This document shows positions 48,334 through 61,769 of a stretch of 64,000 bases of DNA, piece after piece; within the stretch, counting starts at the first letter, position 1; every line of letters starts with the position of its first letter. Position numbers and translations under genes: made by a program. This stretch comes from Eledone cirrhosa (Eukaryota). The DNA is taken from positions 134,416,001 through 134,480,000 of the forward strand of contig OZ024741.1 of the NCBI GenBank assembly GCA_964016885.1. Reading direction: 5' to 3'. The notes below the pieces were generated by a model. The model was not told where the DNA came from. It ran no database searches and worked only from the letters and a program-made list of their open reading frames with translations.

Positions 48334-49022
48334 CTGAAAATACAACAGAAAAATAACCAAGTGTCAGATTGGACCAAGGAAACCACAATGTCTTTATTGG
48401 TCTTTTCATTGCTGATACTATCATCAGATTGGACTAACGAAATAATATTTTCATTGCTTTTCTATTGCTCATAGTATCTGCCAGTCATCAGATCAGACCA
48501 AGAAAACAATTTTTCCATTGCTGATACTATTTGCTAGTCATAATTCCTGGCAAAAGGTGCAATATGAAATAAAAATATTTTGCTCAAGAACACATGCTCC
48601 TTGGTTCAGGTATTGAACCAACGACTTTATGATTGTGGGTTCAAACTCTAACCACTAAGCTATGTGCACAACAGAAATAATACATAAATTATGTATTGTA
48701 TATATTAACACACAGACAAGTCAATATAGTTGACAGTTAATATCTTGTGATTGCCACTGGTAAATAGGTCCCATAGCACTACAGTAAACAGTAGTATCTC
48801 ACATTATTGAGTGTGAGAAGACAAGAAGGTACCATGGTACTACAGTAGACAGTACAATATCTCACAAGATGGTAATTATTGAATGCGAGAAGACAAGAAT
48901 GATTCATCAGTAGATATGATGAAAATAAAATTGTTGTATGTAATTAAAATATCAGGAATGTAAGAAAATCTTAACTTGTTCATTATAAATGTCAATAAAT
49001 AGAATTAAATATTTATACCCAC

Positions 49023-49099
49023 ATTTTAGCTCAAATCTTGGTCCTACTTCAGTTAATTCTATTTTCTTTGTTTCAGTATTTTTGGAGAAAACATGGTGC
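49023..49099 (-). CDS. IMP4: IMP4 exon 8
   Basis: cttttctag|(R)HHVFSKNTETKKIELTEVGPRFELK+1 nt|gtggg; 77 bp; carries the sigma70-like E.GPRF.L motif of Brix proteins. Confidence 0.95.
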
Positions 49100-49853
49100 C
49101 TAGAAAAGTTATGTCAAACAATTAAAAACAGTTAAACAAAAGAGGTTTTTGCAACTTTAAAAACAGTTGAATTTCCTTATTAAAGTTGAAGAACTAATAG
49201 AATACATAAAAGAAACAACAGATAAAATGGGGAAGAATTAGTTTTTAATCTAAAGTGAAGCAGAATTGTTGTTGGGTTGCTCTCAAGTGCTACAAAGGGT
49301 GGGGGAACTTAGCCGAGTCAATGGCCATCCAATAGTTTGTAAAAGAAATGGGTAGACAGAGATCATTAGTCTTGGTTTGTAGTTTGTCTAGGAGAGGTAT
49401 GACATTGATTTCGAAACCAGGGTAAATGGGACTCCTTGATGACAACCTTTCAAGTGGTCAACAGCTTCATCCTTGTGAAGACAAATGAACTGCAGCTCAG
49501 TAGTCGGCTTCTGAGTAATAGTCGGATAAGGGTCCAGGACCCACTGACATCACTCCCCACCCCATGAGAATTATAGTCATACAGCATCTTATAGATTAGC
49601 ATTGGTGCCATTGTCCTTGGTCCCCGACCTTCAGCAACGAAGGTGCAAAGAAACCACACCAGACCAGAAGCTCATTAGGCCGAAAACTATCTCAGTGTCA
49701 TTGACATTAAGTGACTAATGTTCTAATTTTGATAGGTTGATATCAAAAGAATTTACTTGAGATATATAGATTTTAAAACAGGGGGATTTGTATGATGGAA
49801 ACCAAGGGTAGTCACAGATATGTTAATGTCAAAAGGATTTGCCCAAAACTTAC

Positions 49854-49948
49854 CGATAGGAAATAAAATCTTCAGAATTGGAAAATGTCATCACACGTTT
49901 ACTGTCTTCTTTTGGGACAGGATATAAATATTTCAGGATATTTTTCAC
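49854..49948 (-). CDS. IMP4: IMP4 exon 7
   Basis: ttcttccag|VKNILKYLYPVPKEDSKRVMTFSNSEDFISY+2 nt|gtaag; 95 bp. Confidence 0.95.
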
Positions 49949-50469
49949 CTGGAAGAATTATTTTAAAACACCTCAATACAATCCTCTTTCACAGTATACC
50001 ACTCACATTTCAACACATCACAACAATACCTCTCACATCGCACCCCACACATCAACCACTCACACCCTACACCACCCCACATCCACTCACACTTCAAGAT
50101 CACACACTGACCACATTCTACACAACACATACCACACCATCCCAACATGCTTTTACAGATGCACACCAAGAACGTTTTTTATATATTCTATTAGGAAGGG
50201 CATCCAGCTTTAGAAACCATGCCGAAAAAGTTAGGAGGATCTTTCAATTGTGTCAAGAATATGACACCCTCCCCAGTGTTGGTGATCTACACAATAAATG
50301 CACCCAGTACACTCTGTAAGGTGGTTGGTAATAGGAAGGGTCCAGCTATAGCAAGGACATGACAACCTTTCTAGTGCTGGTGCTATGCACTCAGTACAAC
50401 ATAGGACCTTATGTAAGTGAGTAGCAAATTAGAAAGACAAAACCCAATATGAAATATGATTTTACTTAC

Positions 50470-50624
50470 TCTTCTTCCAAGCCGTGTACTAAAATTATGG
50501 AATATAAGGTGTGGGTAAGCTTCAGACATGGTGCCCACATCAAATATGTCATGTCTCATGACAACATTAAACATGGAAAAGTAGGCTGTTGGTCCATAAG
50601 GGAGATGAGAGATTGTTAAGCCAT
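50470..50624 (-). CDS. IMP4: IMP4 exon 6
   Basis: tttatag|(D)[51 protein letters not shown]|gtaagt; 155 bp. Confidence 0.96.
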
Positions 50625-51920
50625 CTATAAAGGAGAGAACAGAGGAAATGAAATAAGAAAGATGAGGGATTGTTAAGGCATCTGCATTGGATGGGGCTTT
50701 TCCAGCACAGCATCCCTCCACTCGTCATGGTCATTTGTCAACTTGACTGGGAGATTCAGTGATTTTAGATCAGCTTTTACAACCTCTGCCCAGGTCTTCC
50801 ATGACCTACCTCTACTGGGATTTTTTTGGCATTTCTTCACCCAATTCATCATCACCCATACACATCACGTGGCCATACCAGTGCAGTCTTCCCTCTTACA
50901 CACATCAGATTCCTCTCAAACCCAGCTTTTCCCACAGCTCATCCATGCACATTAGCATTGATGATCAAAGCATACTCACATCATTTTGCTCTAGACTTCA
51001 CATATCCTCTGCATATATATGTATACTCCTATGTATACATCATCATTACAGTTTTATGTCTATTTTCTATGATGGCATGGGTTAGCTGGGTTGATGATGA
51101 TGATAAATATATATATATATATATATATACATCAGTTCTGTATGAGCAAGACATGGTCACCTGACCTGGCATTTCTCACAACAGGACAACTTGTCTAACT
51201 CATGCTAGTGTGGAAAGATGGACGTTAAACAGTGGCAATGATGATGATGCACACACATCATTAAAGTTTCATGTCTATTTTCTATTTTGGTATGGGTTAG
51301 CTGGGTTGTCAAGTTGAGATTTGACTAGTTACATGATCATCCCTTGCATACACATTCCATTTGGGAATTGTTTCTACAGCTGGATGCCCTTCCTAACACC
51401 AAACACTTGACATTAATACTACCACTTTACAATAGTAGGGTGCCTATGTTCTCAGGTAAGCCTGCAAGGAGGTGTAAATGAGAGCAGGGTGTGTTATAGG
51501 CACCCCCACACACATATATATAGTGGCAAACTCACAATTGTTAGAGCATCAGATAAGACTGCCATATAATATTCAATTTTGAAATACATTCTGATTTCAA
51601 ACCCGGTTGAAATCAACAAGTGGAAGGAAGCTGCATTAGGGGAAGACAAAAAAAGACCTAGACAGAGGTTATGAGAGCTGATCTCATATCACTGAAGCTC
51701 AGAGGTGATGAAGGGCCACAAGTGGAGGAATGCTGTTCTGACAAAGACCCATCCAACTCATGCAAGCATGAAAAAGCAGAGATAAAACAATGATGACAAC
51801 TTTCAAACAAAGTTTTGTATCCTAGAATGTGGGGCAGTTTCAGGCAGTTTGGTATCAAAAAATATTTAAATCATCATCTCAGTTTTTATACATGAAATCA
51901 GCAAATGTTGCACTTCATAC

Positions 51921-52053
51921 CTGGAACACCCCGATGTTCGTGTAACAGGATTAAATCTGTGACATTATTGGCACGACAAGCATCTACTAATTGTTTCAAT
52001 TCATAATTTCCTCGATTGATTTTCTTACTGTTTGGTAATATTAACCGAATCTC
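51921..52053 (-). CDS. IMP4: IMP4 exon 5
   Basis: ttgcag|EIRLILPNSKKINRGNYELKQLVDACRANNVTDLILLHEHRGVP+1 nt|gtatg; 133 bp. Confidence 0.96.
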
Positions 52054-52609
52054 CTGCAATGGAAGATACAAATATAAGAAGTTAGCAATAGTAAACAGGA
52101 CAGTCATTATTATCATTGTTTTAACATCTGCTTTTCCTGCTAACAAGGGTTGGACAGTGTTGTTATTTAGCCCCAAGTCAACCATGATTCAGCAAGCCTA
52201 AACACCATAGAAATAATGGAGGCAGTGACTATGGGAGTTTGGTTCCATTGTGTTTGGACCTGATGTATATGTATATAATTATTTACCACACCATATATAC
52301 ATATATACGCTTACTAGCTATATACACATCTACAAAACAATTCTATTCTTAATAAGGTGATAGTCAATTTTTGGCAAAAAAACACTACACAACTCTATAC
52401 CTAATCAAGTGATCTACCACAATTAATCCAATTGTACTGTAAACAGATTACAATCAGAGCCACATTTTTGTATAGAACGGAAAGACATTTCCAAAACATT
52501 AGTTGTAAGACACATCACCATACAGCTACACATCTCTCCAGAGCAAAAACGATTATAGTTGTGATAAAAGAGTCAGTAAGAACAACTTCAATAACTTCTG
52601 TATTATAAT

Positions 52610-52860
52610 TAAACACAGTGGTAGTGCTACTGGCGTGATAAAATACACCTAGTACACTCTGCAAAGTGGTAGTGCTGATTCTATGATAAAATACACACAG
52701 TAGAATCTGTAATGTGGTAGTATTTGTGCTTGATAAAATACACCCAGTCCACTCTGAAAAGTGGTAGTGCTGATGCCATGATAAACAGCACCCAGTCCAC
52801 TCTGTAAAGTGGTAGTGTTAGTGCCTTGATAAATACACCCAGTACACTTTGTAAAGCAAG
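52610..52860 (+). repeat. Diverged tandem of about 47-bp 3'-UTR modules
   Basis: ataaaatacacccagtccactctgtaaagtggtagtgctgat repeated about 5 times, followed by a ttagaaagtgcatccacctgtagaaacc motif and a gat tail. Confidence 0.7.
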
Positions 52861-53116
52861 CATTAGAAAGTGCATCCACCTGTAGAAACCATAACAAACT
52901 AGAAAGGATGAGAGCAAGACATTCCAGCTGGGAATACAGATGTACAATGAAGGAAAATAAGAAGGAGGAGATAATGATGATGATGACAAGTGATAGCTTG
53001 TTTGTTGATGATAATGTTACCAGAAACTGAAAACTGACTCAGTGTTGCCCATCACAGAATATAAACAACAATTCAAACTATGATGAAGCTTTTATGGAAA
53101 AAAAAAATGTACTAAC

Positions 53117-53226
53117 CTTGGCAAACTGTTTGAGTTTAGCACTAGGATCGCGCGAGGTGGTGACCATCAGCTGAGGATCTTCAATACCAGCAGATTTATA
53201 TTCATCATCTATGCTATTGGTGATCC
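53117..53226 (-). CDS. IMP4: IMP4 exon 4
   Basis: ttacag|(G)ITNSIDDEYKSAGIEDPQLMVTTSRDPSAKLKQFAK|gttagt; 110 bp; contains the Brix-domain TTSRDPS motif. Confidence 0.96.
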
Positions 53227-54540
53227 CTGTAATAGGAAAGTCTTGTGAATTATCAATAGTTTCAAATGGTGAGTTGTCTTCCTTTTCTTACAATAACCAA
53301 TGCATTTCAATTATTTATTTACATATCAGAAGATCAACTATGGTATGTTGCCTTAAGAGGTAAATTGAAGTTCCTTATAAAAACCAATGGTACTCCAGTA
53401 GTTTATTTACATATCAGTAGCTCAACTGTGGTGAATTGTCAGAAGAAACCATATCACTCCACTCCACATAAGACTTTCTAATTTAACAAGCTACTATTGT
53501 GGGAACCAACTCACAGGAGATGCAGTAGAGGAAGACTTGCTCGAACCTTCATCAATTAACTCAGACGATACAAACCTCAGTGGGGAACAGTAGCCGGGAG
53601 CAATAGAAAATCATGAATTGTGGAGAGACTTTATCAGGAATGTTCAATTATAGTTGCAATAATAATGAGGAACTTAACAAGGAATGAAGTGATTTCTATA
53701 TTAGAAATAATGTAAAAGGTTAATTATTTTTAGTAAGAAGTGCTAAGAAATCCCAATGGAAGGGAGTTGCAGTGGAGGAAGACCAAAGAAGACCTGAGCG
53801 GAGGTGCTGAGAGCTAATCTTGTATCGCTGAAGCTCACAGAAGAGATGACAAAAGAATGCGACAAGTGGAGAGATGCTGTGTTGGAAAGGATCTGTCCAA
53901 CCCATTCAAGCATGGAACAACAGACATATGATGATGATGTTCAGTCATTATAACATTCAACAAATACTTAACAATATTTGCTTTGGCATTTTATGTTCCG
54001 AGTTCAAATCCTGCCAGGATAAACTTTGCCTTTAATCCTTCCAGGGTTGATTTAATCGACTTTCCTCCCACCCACCAATATTGCTGGCCATATGCCTAAA
54101 TTAGAAATCAATGTTGAGGGTAGTAGATTGGCAGAATTGTTTCTGCAGCAGATAAAATGGCTTTTTATGGTATTTAGTTACGCCTCTTTACATTATAAGT
54201 TCAAATTCCACCGAAGTCAACTTTGCCTTTCGACCTTCTTGGGTCAACAAATTACAGTAGCAGTCAAGCACCAGGATCAATGTGATCGACTACAATTCCT
54301 GGTCTAGTGTCTATATTAGAAATTATTATTATTAATAATAATAATTGTTTCTACTTTTGGCACAATGCCAGCAATTATCCCAGTGTATTACTGGTACTTT
54401 ATTTAATAATACCATTTCAAATTCTATCTAATAAAACAAACAAAAGGCAATGTTGCTGCATTAAACAAATTATTTTGTTTTTACTGTTTACTGCCATCAA
54501 TTTCAAGAGGCCCTGAAAACGGCCAGGTTCGCCCCCCCCC

Positions 54541-54614
<74 letters not shown>

Positions 54615-54818
54615 CGAAGGAAATGTGGTAAGGAACCAGGTGGACCATAACGCACCAAAGTACTCAATACTTGAGGTAGTAGAGTGGGCAATAGGAACCA
54701 GTAAGACCCCGACAGCTGAGCTCAAGCCGTTTCGACGGCTAATTCTGGACTAAACTAAAATTAGTCCAGAATTAGCCGTCGAAACGGCTTGAGCTCAGCT
54801 GTCGGGGTCTTACTGGTT

Positions 54819-54910
<92 letters not shown>

Positions 54911-54968
54911 AAAAATTGAAAAAGTGGAGAATAACATGGTCAACAGTACAAAAAAGGGGATTTATTTG

Positions 54969-55079
54969 CAGTCTAACAATTGTTTCACTGATAAAGTTGT
55001 CTAAAAATTGCTGAACACTAAAAGTAGTTGCCACTCAATTTTAAATACGATGTTAGCTCAATCAGATCTTCGGAAACTG
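54969..55079 (-). ncRNA. Hammerhead-like motif (CCGAAGA variant), sense to IMP4 intron 3
   Basis: cagttt CCGAAGA tctgat ... atcagt GAAAC aatt GTT agactg. Confidence 0.6.
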
Positions 55080-57216
55080 TTAAAAAAATATATATATAAC
55101 CGGCAAATTTACATATTCAAATTACATCATCAATAATAATATTAATAATAAAGATATAGAGAGAAAAGGAGGAAGAAAGAGAGATAGATACAGTAAAGAA
55201 ACAAAGGAAAGGAAGGAGAAAGAAGGAAAAAGAGAAAGAAGAAATTATTATAGATAGAAATATAAAGAGAAGATATATAGAAGATGATGGTAGATAGAGG
55301 AGAGACAAACATAAGTAGAAATAACGTAGGATAGAAAGAAGAATAGAGGGACAAATAAATGAATAAACGTTAATACATGAATAAATGTAAATAAAAATAA
55401 AAATAGATATATAAAAAATATATGCAAAAATATATAAAAAATTGATAAATAAATAAAATTATATCTAATGTGATATAAAATGGTATAAAATGTGAAAAAT
55501 GAAGAATAAAAATAAATACGTAAAAGGAGTAAAAATGTGCGAAGAATATTTAAACATATTAAAATTATTGAGAATGGTTTTTGAGAATTGTTAAAATATA
55601 TGGAGAGATATTAAGGTGAAAATATGATAATGTTAAATATATTTATTGGTTATTTTAATAAATAAATAAATATATTTATTGGTTATTTTAATAAATAAAT
55701 AAATGAATTAGTTTTAAGTTATATTATGTGATAAAATAAAATGACAGAGATGAAATAAATTTAGGGAGAGAAATATAAAGATAGAGAGTGAAAGATAGAG
55801 ATATATAAAATATGAATGTAAATATAAGAGGTTTTGATGTTGTTCTTTGATAGATGATGACAATTATAATTATAATGATGATGATGATAATGTGATATCA
55901 TAATAGATCCAAGTGGTACAATCTGGGTTATAGAATAGATAAGATGGAATTAAGCTGGTCTAAAGTTCTCAAATTTAGTCGCCGATTTATGTCGACAAAA
56001 TATAGTTCTTTCAATTTTACTATTAAGAAGAATTTTGTTGCAATTTAAAATTTGGAAAAGTTCCATATTACAGAGACCACAGTGGGACATACCAATTTGA
56101 TAGCTTTGTCCAGCTGATTTTATATTCCATGTTTGCATTTTTGAGTTGCCAGATTTTATTGGCGAGAGTCGTATTTGAGAGATTCCTGTTAGTCATAGAG
56201 TGTCTATGTATGTACCACCTTTTCTTAAACGCCCCAGCTGTGGAACCAATGTAATGCCATGCTAAGCTACCTGAATTTATAGTACATAAGTATACTATAT
56301 TTGTCTCTAGGCATCTATTTTGTAAAGGGCATTTGTCAGGTAGATGGCAGTTACATTTAGATGCTTTTCTATGCGCCGGTTCTTCTATATGGTTTTGTAG
56401 GTTGCTATGTATGGGCTGAGAATTGGGTTTGTTGATATATTGTGGTGATGTGTGTTTGGTTGTGATGATGTTATATGCTTATGTTTTGTATTTGGTGTTA
56501 TGGTACTTATTTGCCACTTGTATTATAAATTCTTTTATAGTTAATTTTATGTATGTGCGATTCTATGTTGTTGGCAGTGGAGTATGATAGTTTGATAATT
56601 TTTCTATTAAAGATTTTGATATTTATGAATTTTAGGGAAATGTTTGTCTACTAATTTGAAGTGTAAGGTAGCTTAGTTTTTATAGAGGAGTTAAACATTG
56701 GATTGAACCATAAGTAGTTTCTATTTCTGCATCTTCTATAGTTATTAGTGGTCTGTATTCTGTTCCTTTAATTTATTCCACTAATAACTATAGAAGATGC
56801 AGAAATATTCTTCGCACATTTTTACTCCTTTTACGTATTTATTTTTATTCTTCATTTTTCACATTTTATACCATTTTATATCACATTAGATATCATTTAT
56901 TTTTTTATCTATTTATCAATTTTTTATATATCTATTTTTATTTACATTTATTCATTTATTTGTCCCTCTATTCTTCTTTCTATCTTACGTTATTTCTACT
57001 TATGTTTGTCTCGTCTATCTACCATCATCTTCTATATATCTTCTCTTTATATTTCTATCTATAATAATTTCTCCTTTTTCCTTCCTTTTCTTTGTTTCTT
57101 TACTGTATTTATCTCCCTTTCTTCCTCCTTTTCTCTCTATATCTTTATTATTAATATTATTATTGATGATGTAATTTGAATTTGTAAATTTGCCGGTTAC
57201 ATATCTATTTTTTTAA

Positions 57217-57309
57217 CAGTTTCCGAAGATCTGATCAAGCTAACATCGTATTTAAAATTGAGTGGCACTACTTTTAGACAACTTTATCAGTGAAACAATT
57301 GTTAGACTG
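57217..57309 (+). ncRNA. Hammerhead-like motif in the inverted pLTR
   Basis: Inverted copy of 54969-55079 with a deletion in stem II. Confidence 0.55.
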
Positions 57310-58069
57310 CAAATAAATCCCCTTTTTTGTACTGTTGACCATGTTATTCTCCACTTTTTCAATTTTATTACTCCAAGATAAACTTACATAGGAATACAAG
57401 TGAAATCATAAACTCGTCATCTACGTAAACCTCTTGTTGAGTCAAGCAACGCCGTATGCTAAAACTATCCACAATAAGAAGTATTCACAACCTCTAATTG
57501 GATTACCTATAACGATATTTTGTTATCCTTTATATATACATATATATATATAGACGTTAAACGATGATGATGATGATATATATATCTGTGTGTGTATATA
57601 TACACACACACACTTCACCTGACTGATAAAGCCATTAAAAAATATATAGAATAGCAAACATTGTGAAGATATGAAATTAATGGTTTCTAATTTAGACACA
57701 AAGCCAACAATTTTGGGGAGGGAAAAGTCGATTAACTTGACCCCAGTGCATTACTGGTAATTTATTTTATCAACTCTAGTAAGGATGAAAGGCAAAGCTA
57801 ACCTCGGTGGGACTCGAAATCAGAACACAAAGGGCCGTAACTATGCCATGAAGCATGTCTGATGCTCTACCCATACTGCCAATCCACGACAATAATGTTA
57901 TCAAGTTATGACATAAACATAGTATAGCAAACAAATATTATACAAAGTTATGACAATAATAATAATCTGATTGCATGGGTTAGACAAATTATCATGTTAT
58001 AAAACTAGTTAGGTCAGATGACCATGTCTTGCTCATACAGATGTTTTTTGGGTTGGTTTCTACAGTTAG

Positions 58070-58510
58070 ATGACATGCCATTACAGTGTGGACTCAGTGT
58101 TTTTATCATGGTCTCTAAACGACCACCTAACAGGGTGGACTGGGTGCTTTTTCATTGTGGTACCAGCATGACCACCTATGAGGATGGATTAGGTGCTTTT
58201 TCATTGATATCAGAACTCAGAACGACCACTTAAAAGGGTGGACTGTGCTTGTTTTAGTTGAGGTACCATGACCACCTAAAGAGGTGGACTTAGTGCTTTG
58301 TCATTGTGGTACCAGCACAAACACCTAATAGGGTTGAAAGGGTGATTTTTTGTCATGCTACCAGTAAAACCACCCAAGTAAGTGGACAGTTTTTTTTGTT
58401 TTGTTGTGGTACTAGCACGACCAACTAAGAGGGTGGATAGAGTGATTTTTTTTGTTGTGGTACCAGCATGACCACCTAAGAGGGTGGACAGGGTGCTTTT
58501 TTTGTCATGT
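58070..58510 (-). repeat. Diverged tandem of about 45-bp RTE/SINE 3'-UTR modules
   Basis: gtggtaccagcatgaccacctaagagggtggacagggtgcttttt repeated about 9 times. Confidence 0.75.
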
Positions 58511-58584
58511 CAATAATAACAATAATAATAATGGTATTAAGTTATGACATGAAACAAATATAACAAAGTGCATATGATACTTAC

Positions 58585-58668
58585 CATCTGCTCCACCATC
58601 ATCCCATTCTGAACTTTTATGCAGTTTGATGGCATCTTTCCTTATTTCAGGAGCAATGGGAATATTTT
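58585..58668 (-). CDS. IMP4: IMP4 exon 3
   Basis: ttttttcag|(E)NIPIAPEIRKDAIKLHKSSEWDDGGAD+1 nt|gtaag; 84 bp; phases are compatible with both neighbours. Confidence 0.93.
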
Positions 58669-59305
58669 CTGAAAAAAGAGACCAAATATGATAAAGAGAT
58701 AAAAATATGTAATTCGATAATTTTATTCAAAACTAGAGAATATTTAGATTAAAACACTGGACTTTCTTTTATACAGCCAAGCTCTCAATGAACACTGCAA
58801 GGATAGCAGCCTCAACTATTCAATATGTAATTTGAAAATATATAATATTTGATACTATAGGCATATGGTAAGAATGTCTAAAGAAAGAATTGTTAGATCG
58901 ATATTAAGGGCAAAATCTATTTCGCAATGTTATGCAAACATGGAAGAAACAAATGAAAAGGCATGTTTAAAAAAACAAATTAAAAAGAACCTCTTGTTCA
59001 AAATTGAAACTGTAATTTTTTATATATTAAAGAAAAAAATCAAAATGATAGTATATTTCTAAAGAAATATACTATTTCAATTAATTAATGAAGAACTTTG
59101 AGGGATTTATTAAAATCATTAATTATTTCATTATTACATTAGTAACTCAAGATATGGTTCTTATATATGCCGGAAGGTTTTAATTTAAATAGGAACCCTT
59201 TACAACGGATAGTTTCGTTTCATAGAACCAGAGCTGGCTTCGGCCGGGTTAGCATGAAGTGGATTAAACAAGGAACAAAACTGAAAGGAAAGACTAGAAA
59301 CTAAC

Positions 59306-59414
59306 CTTCAATTGACTGCAACAGGCGTTGCTTCTTCTCGTGGATAGTTCGTTCTCTGTCTTCAATTGCTTTACGATAAAGATACTCCCGTCGCAGGCGA
59401 GCTTGACGTCTCAG
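59306..59414 (-). CDS. IMP4: IMP4 exon 2
   Basis: ttcttacag|LRRQARLRREYLYRKAIEDRERTIHEKKQRLLQSIE+1 nt|gttag; 109 bp. Confidence 0.95.
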
Positions 59415-60162
59415 CTGTAAGAAACAACAGGAGTAATCGAATAAGACATTAATGTTTGTAAGATATTGTAGAGTGTGATAGTCGGAAAACTACATTTGTC
59501 TAAATTCAACTGTAGTCTCAAACACGCAGGCCTCTCACCCACAAAAAAAAAAGAGGAAAAATAATTATTTCCCACTGAAATCAATGCGTGTTCTATAACA
59601 CCGAAATTAGCTGTGTTCAGACATGGTTAAGTAGATGGGCTCCGCCAGGTTTTAAGTGTCCAAGAAACGCCTTATGTCACTGTGGTGCCAGTACGAATTC
59701 ACCAGGAGTTATGGATTTAAAAAAGAAAAAGATAATGTATATGTATTTTACGTGAGTGGGGTATTATTGTTTCTCTTAATCACAAATGTCTGAAATTCTT
59801 CACCGGATTCATTGTATATATACACGTTAGGGTTTGTATATATACATGTTAGGGTTTCGTCAGAGTTAGGTTTGCACCGTAGCGGTTGGTTTGAGTGATC
59901 AGAACATACGAAATGAATCCTGTAAATGCGACAAGATATTTTAAATTTCTTATTTCCACATCTATTGTCAATGATAGCCTATATTATATTAAAGATTGGA
60001 TATCTTGCAGATACAGGAATTCAACTGAATAAATCGTAAACTGGAACAAAAATAGTAATCCGACTAGAAAGATATCCCGAATAGAGAATCAATAATTAGA
60101 ATATATAATAATAGTTAGAATAAATATGAAGATAGATAGAATATAATTAAAACAGAACTCAC

Positions 60163-60165
60163 CAT
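60163..60165 (-). CDS. IMP4: IMP4 exon 1 (coding part is the ATG only)
   Basis: Minus strand reads tcaacATG|gtgagt. The next exon starts LRRQARLRREYLYRK in phase 0, matching the IMP4 N-terminus MLRR.ARLRREYLYRK. Confidence 0.8.
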
Positions 60166-60180
60166 GTTGACTTTTTAAAA

Positions 60181-60186
60181 CACGTG
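60181..60186. promoter_or_regulatory. E-box CACGTG just upstream of the IMP4 ATG
   Basis: Canonical Myc/Max-type site about 15 nt 5' of the start codon of a ribosome-biogenesis gene. Confidence 0.4.
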
Positions 60187-60610
60187 GTGGAAGCAGGAGA
60201 GTAGAAACAGGGGAACTAACTCTGTTTTTTTTTGTTTTGTTTTTTAATTAATGATTTTATTCTTAATAGTAATTTAATAAAAGTCTACACCAACAAGAAT
60301 CAAGTTAGAATAAACATTTAAATAGTGCATTTTGTTGCAATAATACTTTACATTAGTTTGATGCAATATCAAATTACATTAGATTCAACCTTATATCTCC
60401 CCAAAATAAGTTAAACCAATTGAATAATAAATTTCCACTTGGTCGTTTACATTTCTTATTTCCCTTTAATCAAACCTAAAATTTATTTCATATGCTAAGC
60501 CTTTCGTTACCATATATCTAATGAAAGACACTGCCGATGTTTTTAACCCTTTCTTTATATTTCTAATGAAAAACATGACCTATGTTTTTAACCCTTTCAT
60601 TACCATATAA

Positions 60611-61000
60611 ATAATTGTTTCTACTTTTGGCACTAAGTGAGCAATTATCCAGTGTATTACTGGTACTTTATTTTATCGACCCCGTAAGGATGAAAGGCAA
60701 AGTTAACCTCGGCGGGATTTGAACTCAGGTCGTAAAGGGACGTAACTACGCTGGAAAGCATGTCTGACCCTCTACCAATACTGCCAATTCACCGCCTTCA
60801 TTCATTACCATATAAATAATTGTTTCTACTTTAGGCACAAGGCCAGCAACTATTTCAGGGTATAACTGGTACTTTATTTTATCGACCCCGTAAGGATGAA
60901 AGGCAAAGTTAACCTCGGCGGGATTTGAACTCAGTCCGTAAAGGGACGTAACTGTGCTGCAAAGCATGGCGTCCGAGCCTCTACCGATACTGCCAATCCA
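60611..61000 (-). mobile_element. Two tandem copies of the same SINE family upstream of IMP4
   Basis: Two successive reverse-complement matches, each preceded by ttcattaccatataaat. Further partial copies lie at 1-60, 1215-1325, 9217-9316, 10870-10970, 12617-12737, 24590-24712 and 57680-57890. Confidence 0.8.
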
Positions 61001-61769
61001 ATAATGAAAGATATTGTCTATATGTTTAACATTTTCCGAGTCACAGCCTATGATTTTTAAATAATTTAAGTAATATAACTTTCTCGTTATTGAGCTGCTG
61101 TTTGGAACAAAACAAAAAGTTATCCATGTATAATTCTGATGGAAAGTTATTAAATAATCATCAACATTTTATGTTCAATTTTCCAGCAGAGCATCACTCC
61201 ACACTTGCAGTCCTTTGTCATCTGTGTGATCTTCAGCGACTTGAGATCAGCTCCCACAATCTCTGCCCAGGTCTTTCTTTTTCTACTTCTGCTAAAGCTT
61301 CCTTCTATGGAGATTTCTTAGCACTTCTTCACTCAATGGTCTTCATCCGTGCACATCACATGTCCATACCAGCATCTTAGTATTGATCATCCATTGGAGT
61401 GTGTTCACATCAATTCTATCCAGCTTTTGCATATCCTCTGCATTTACTGTCCATGTCTCTCTACCATGCAACATCATGCATTGCACACATATATTTGCAG
61501 CAAGCCTTTCGTTCTATGGAATTGGAGGCAGTTAAGAGTGATTTGATATTAAAAAAAAAGGTTAATATCCTATTTTAGATTTCACTAGATCAAATTTACG
61601 TCTTATTAAGCAAAATCTATATCATAGAAGGAAGTTTAAGCAGTCCTGAAGAGCAGTGAATCTTTTCTTAATTTTATAATTTTATTAATAACTAACATTA
61701 TAAAACTATGTATTTAAATGCTGTATAGAATGCATACAAAAAAATACTATATATAATAATATAATATAA

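Larger units (their letters stand above)
54912..57530 (-). mobile_element. Penelope-like element in IMP4 intron 3: GIY-YIG fragment flanked by inverted pLTRs
   Basis: Minus strand encodes WFNP, CNC....CPL...C, IVYLC..HYIGST..FKKRWY.H, CGLCNME. 54912-55551 is inverted at 56803-57366. Confidence 0.88.

Noticed and set aside
59827-59856. Telomeric TTAGGG motifs
   Set aside because: Only two isolated hexamers from a 21-bp local duplication; not an interstitial telomere array.
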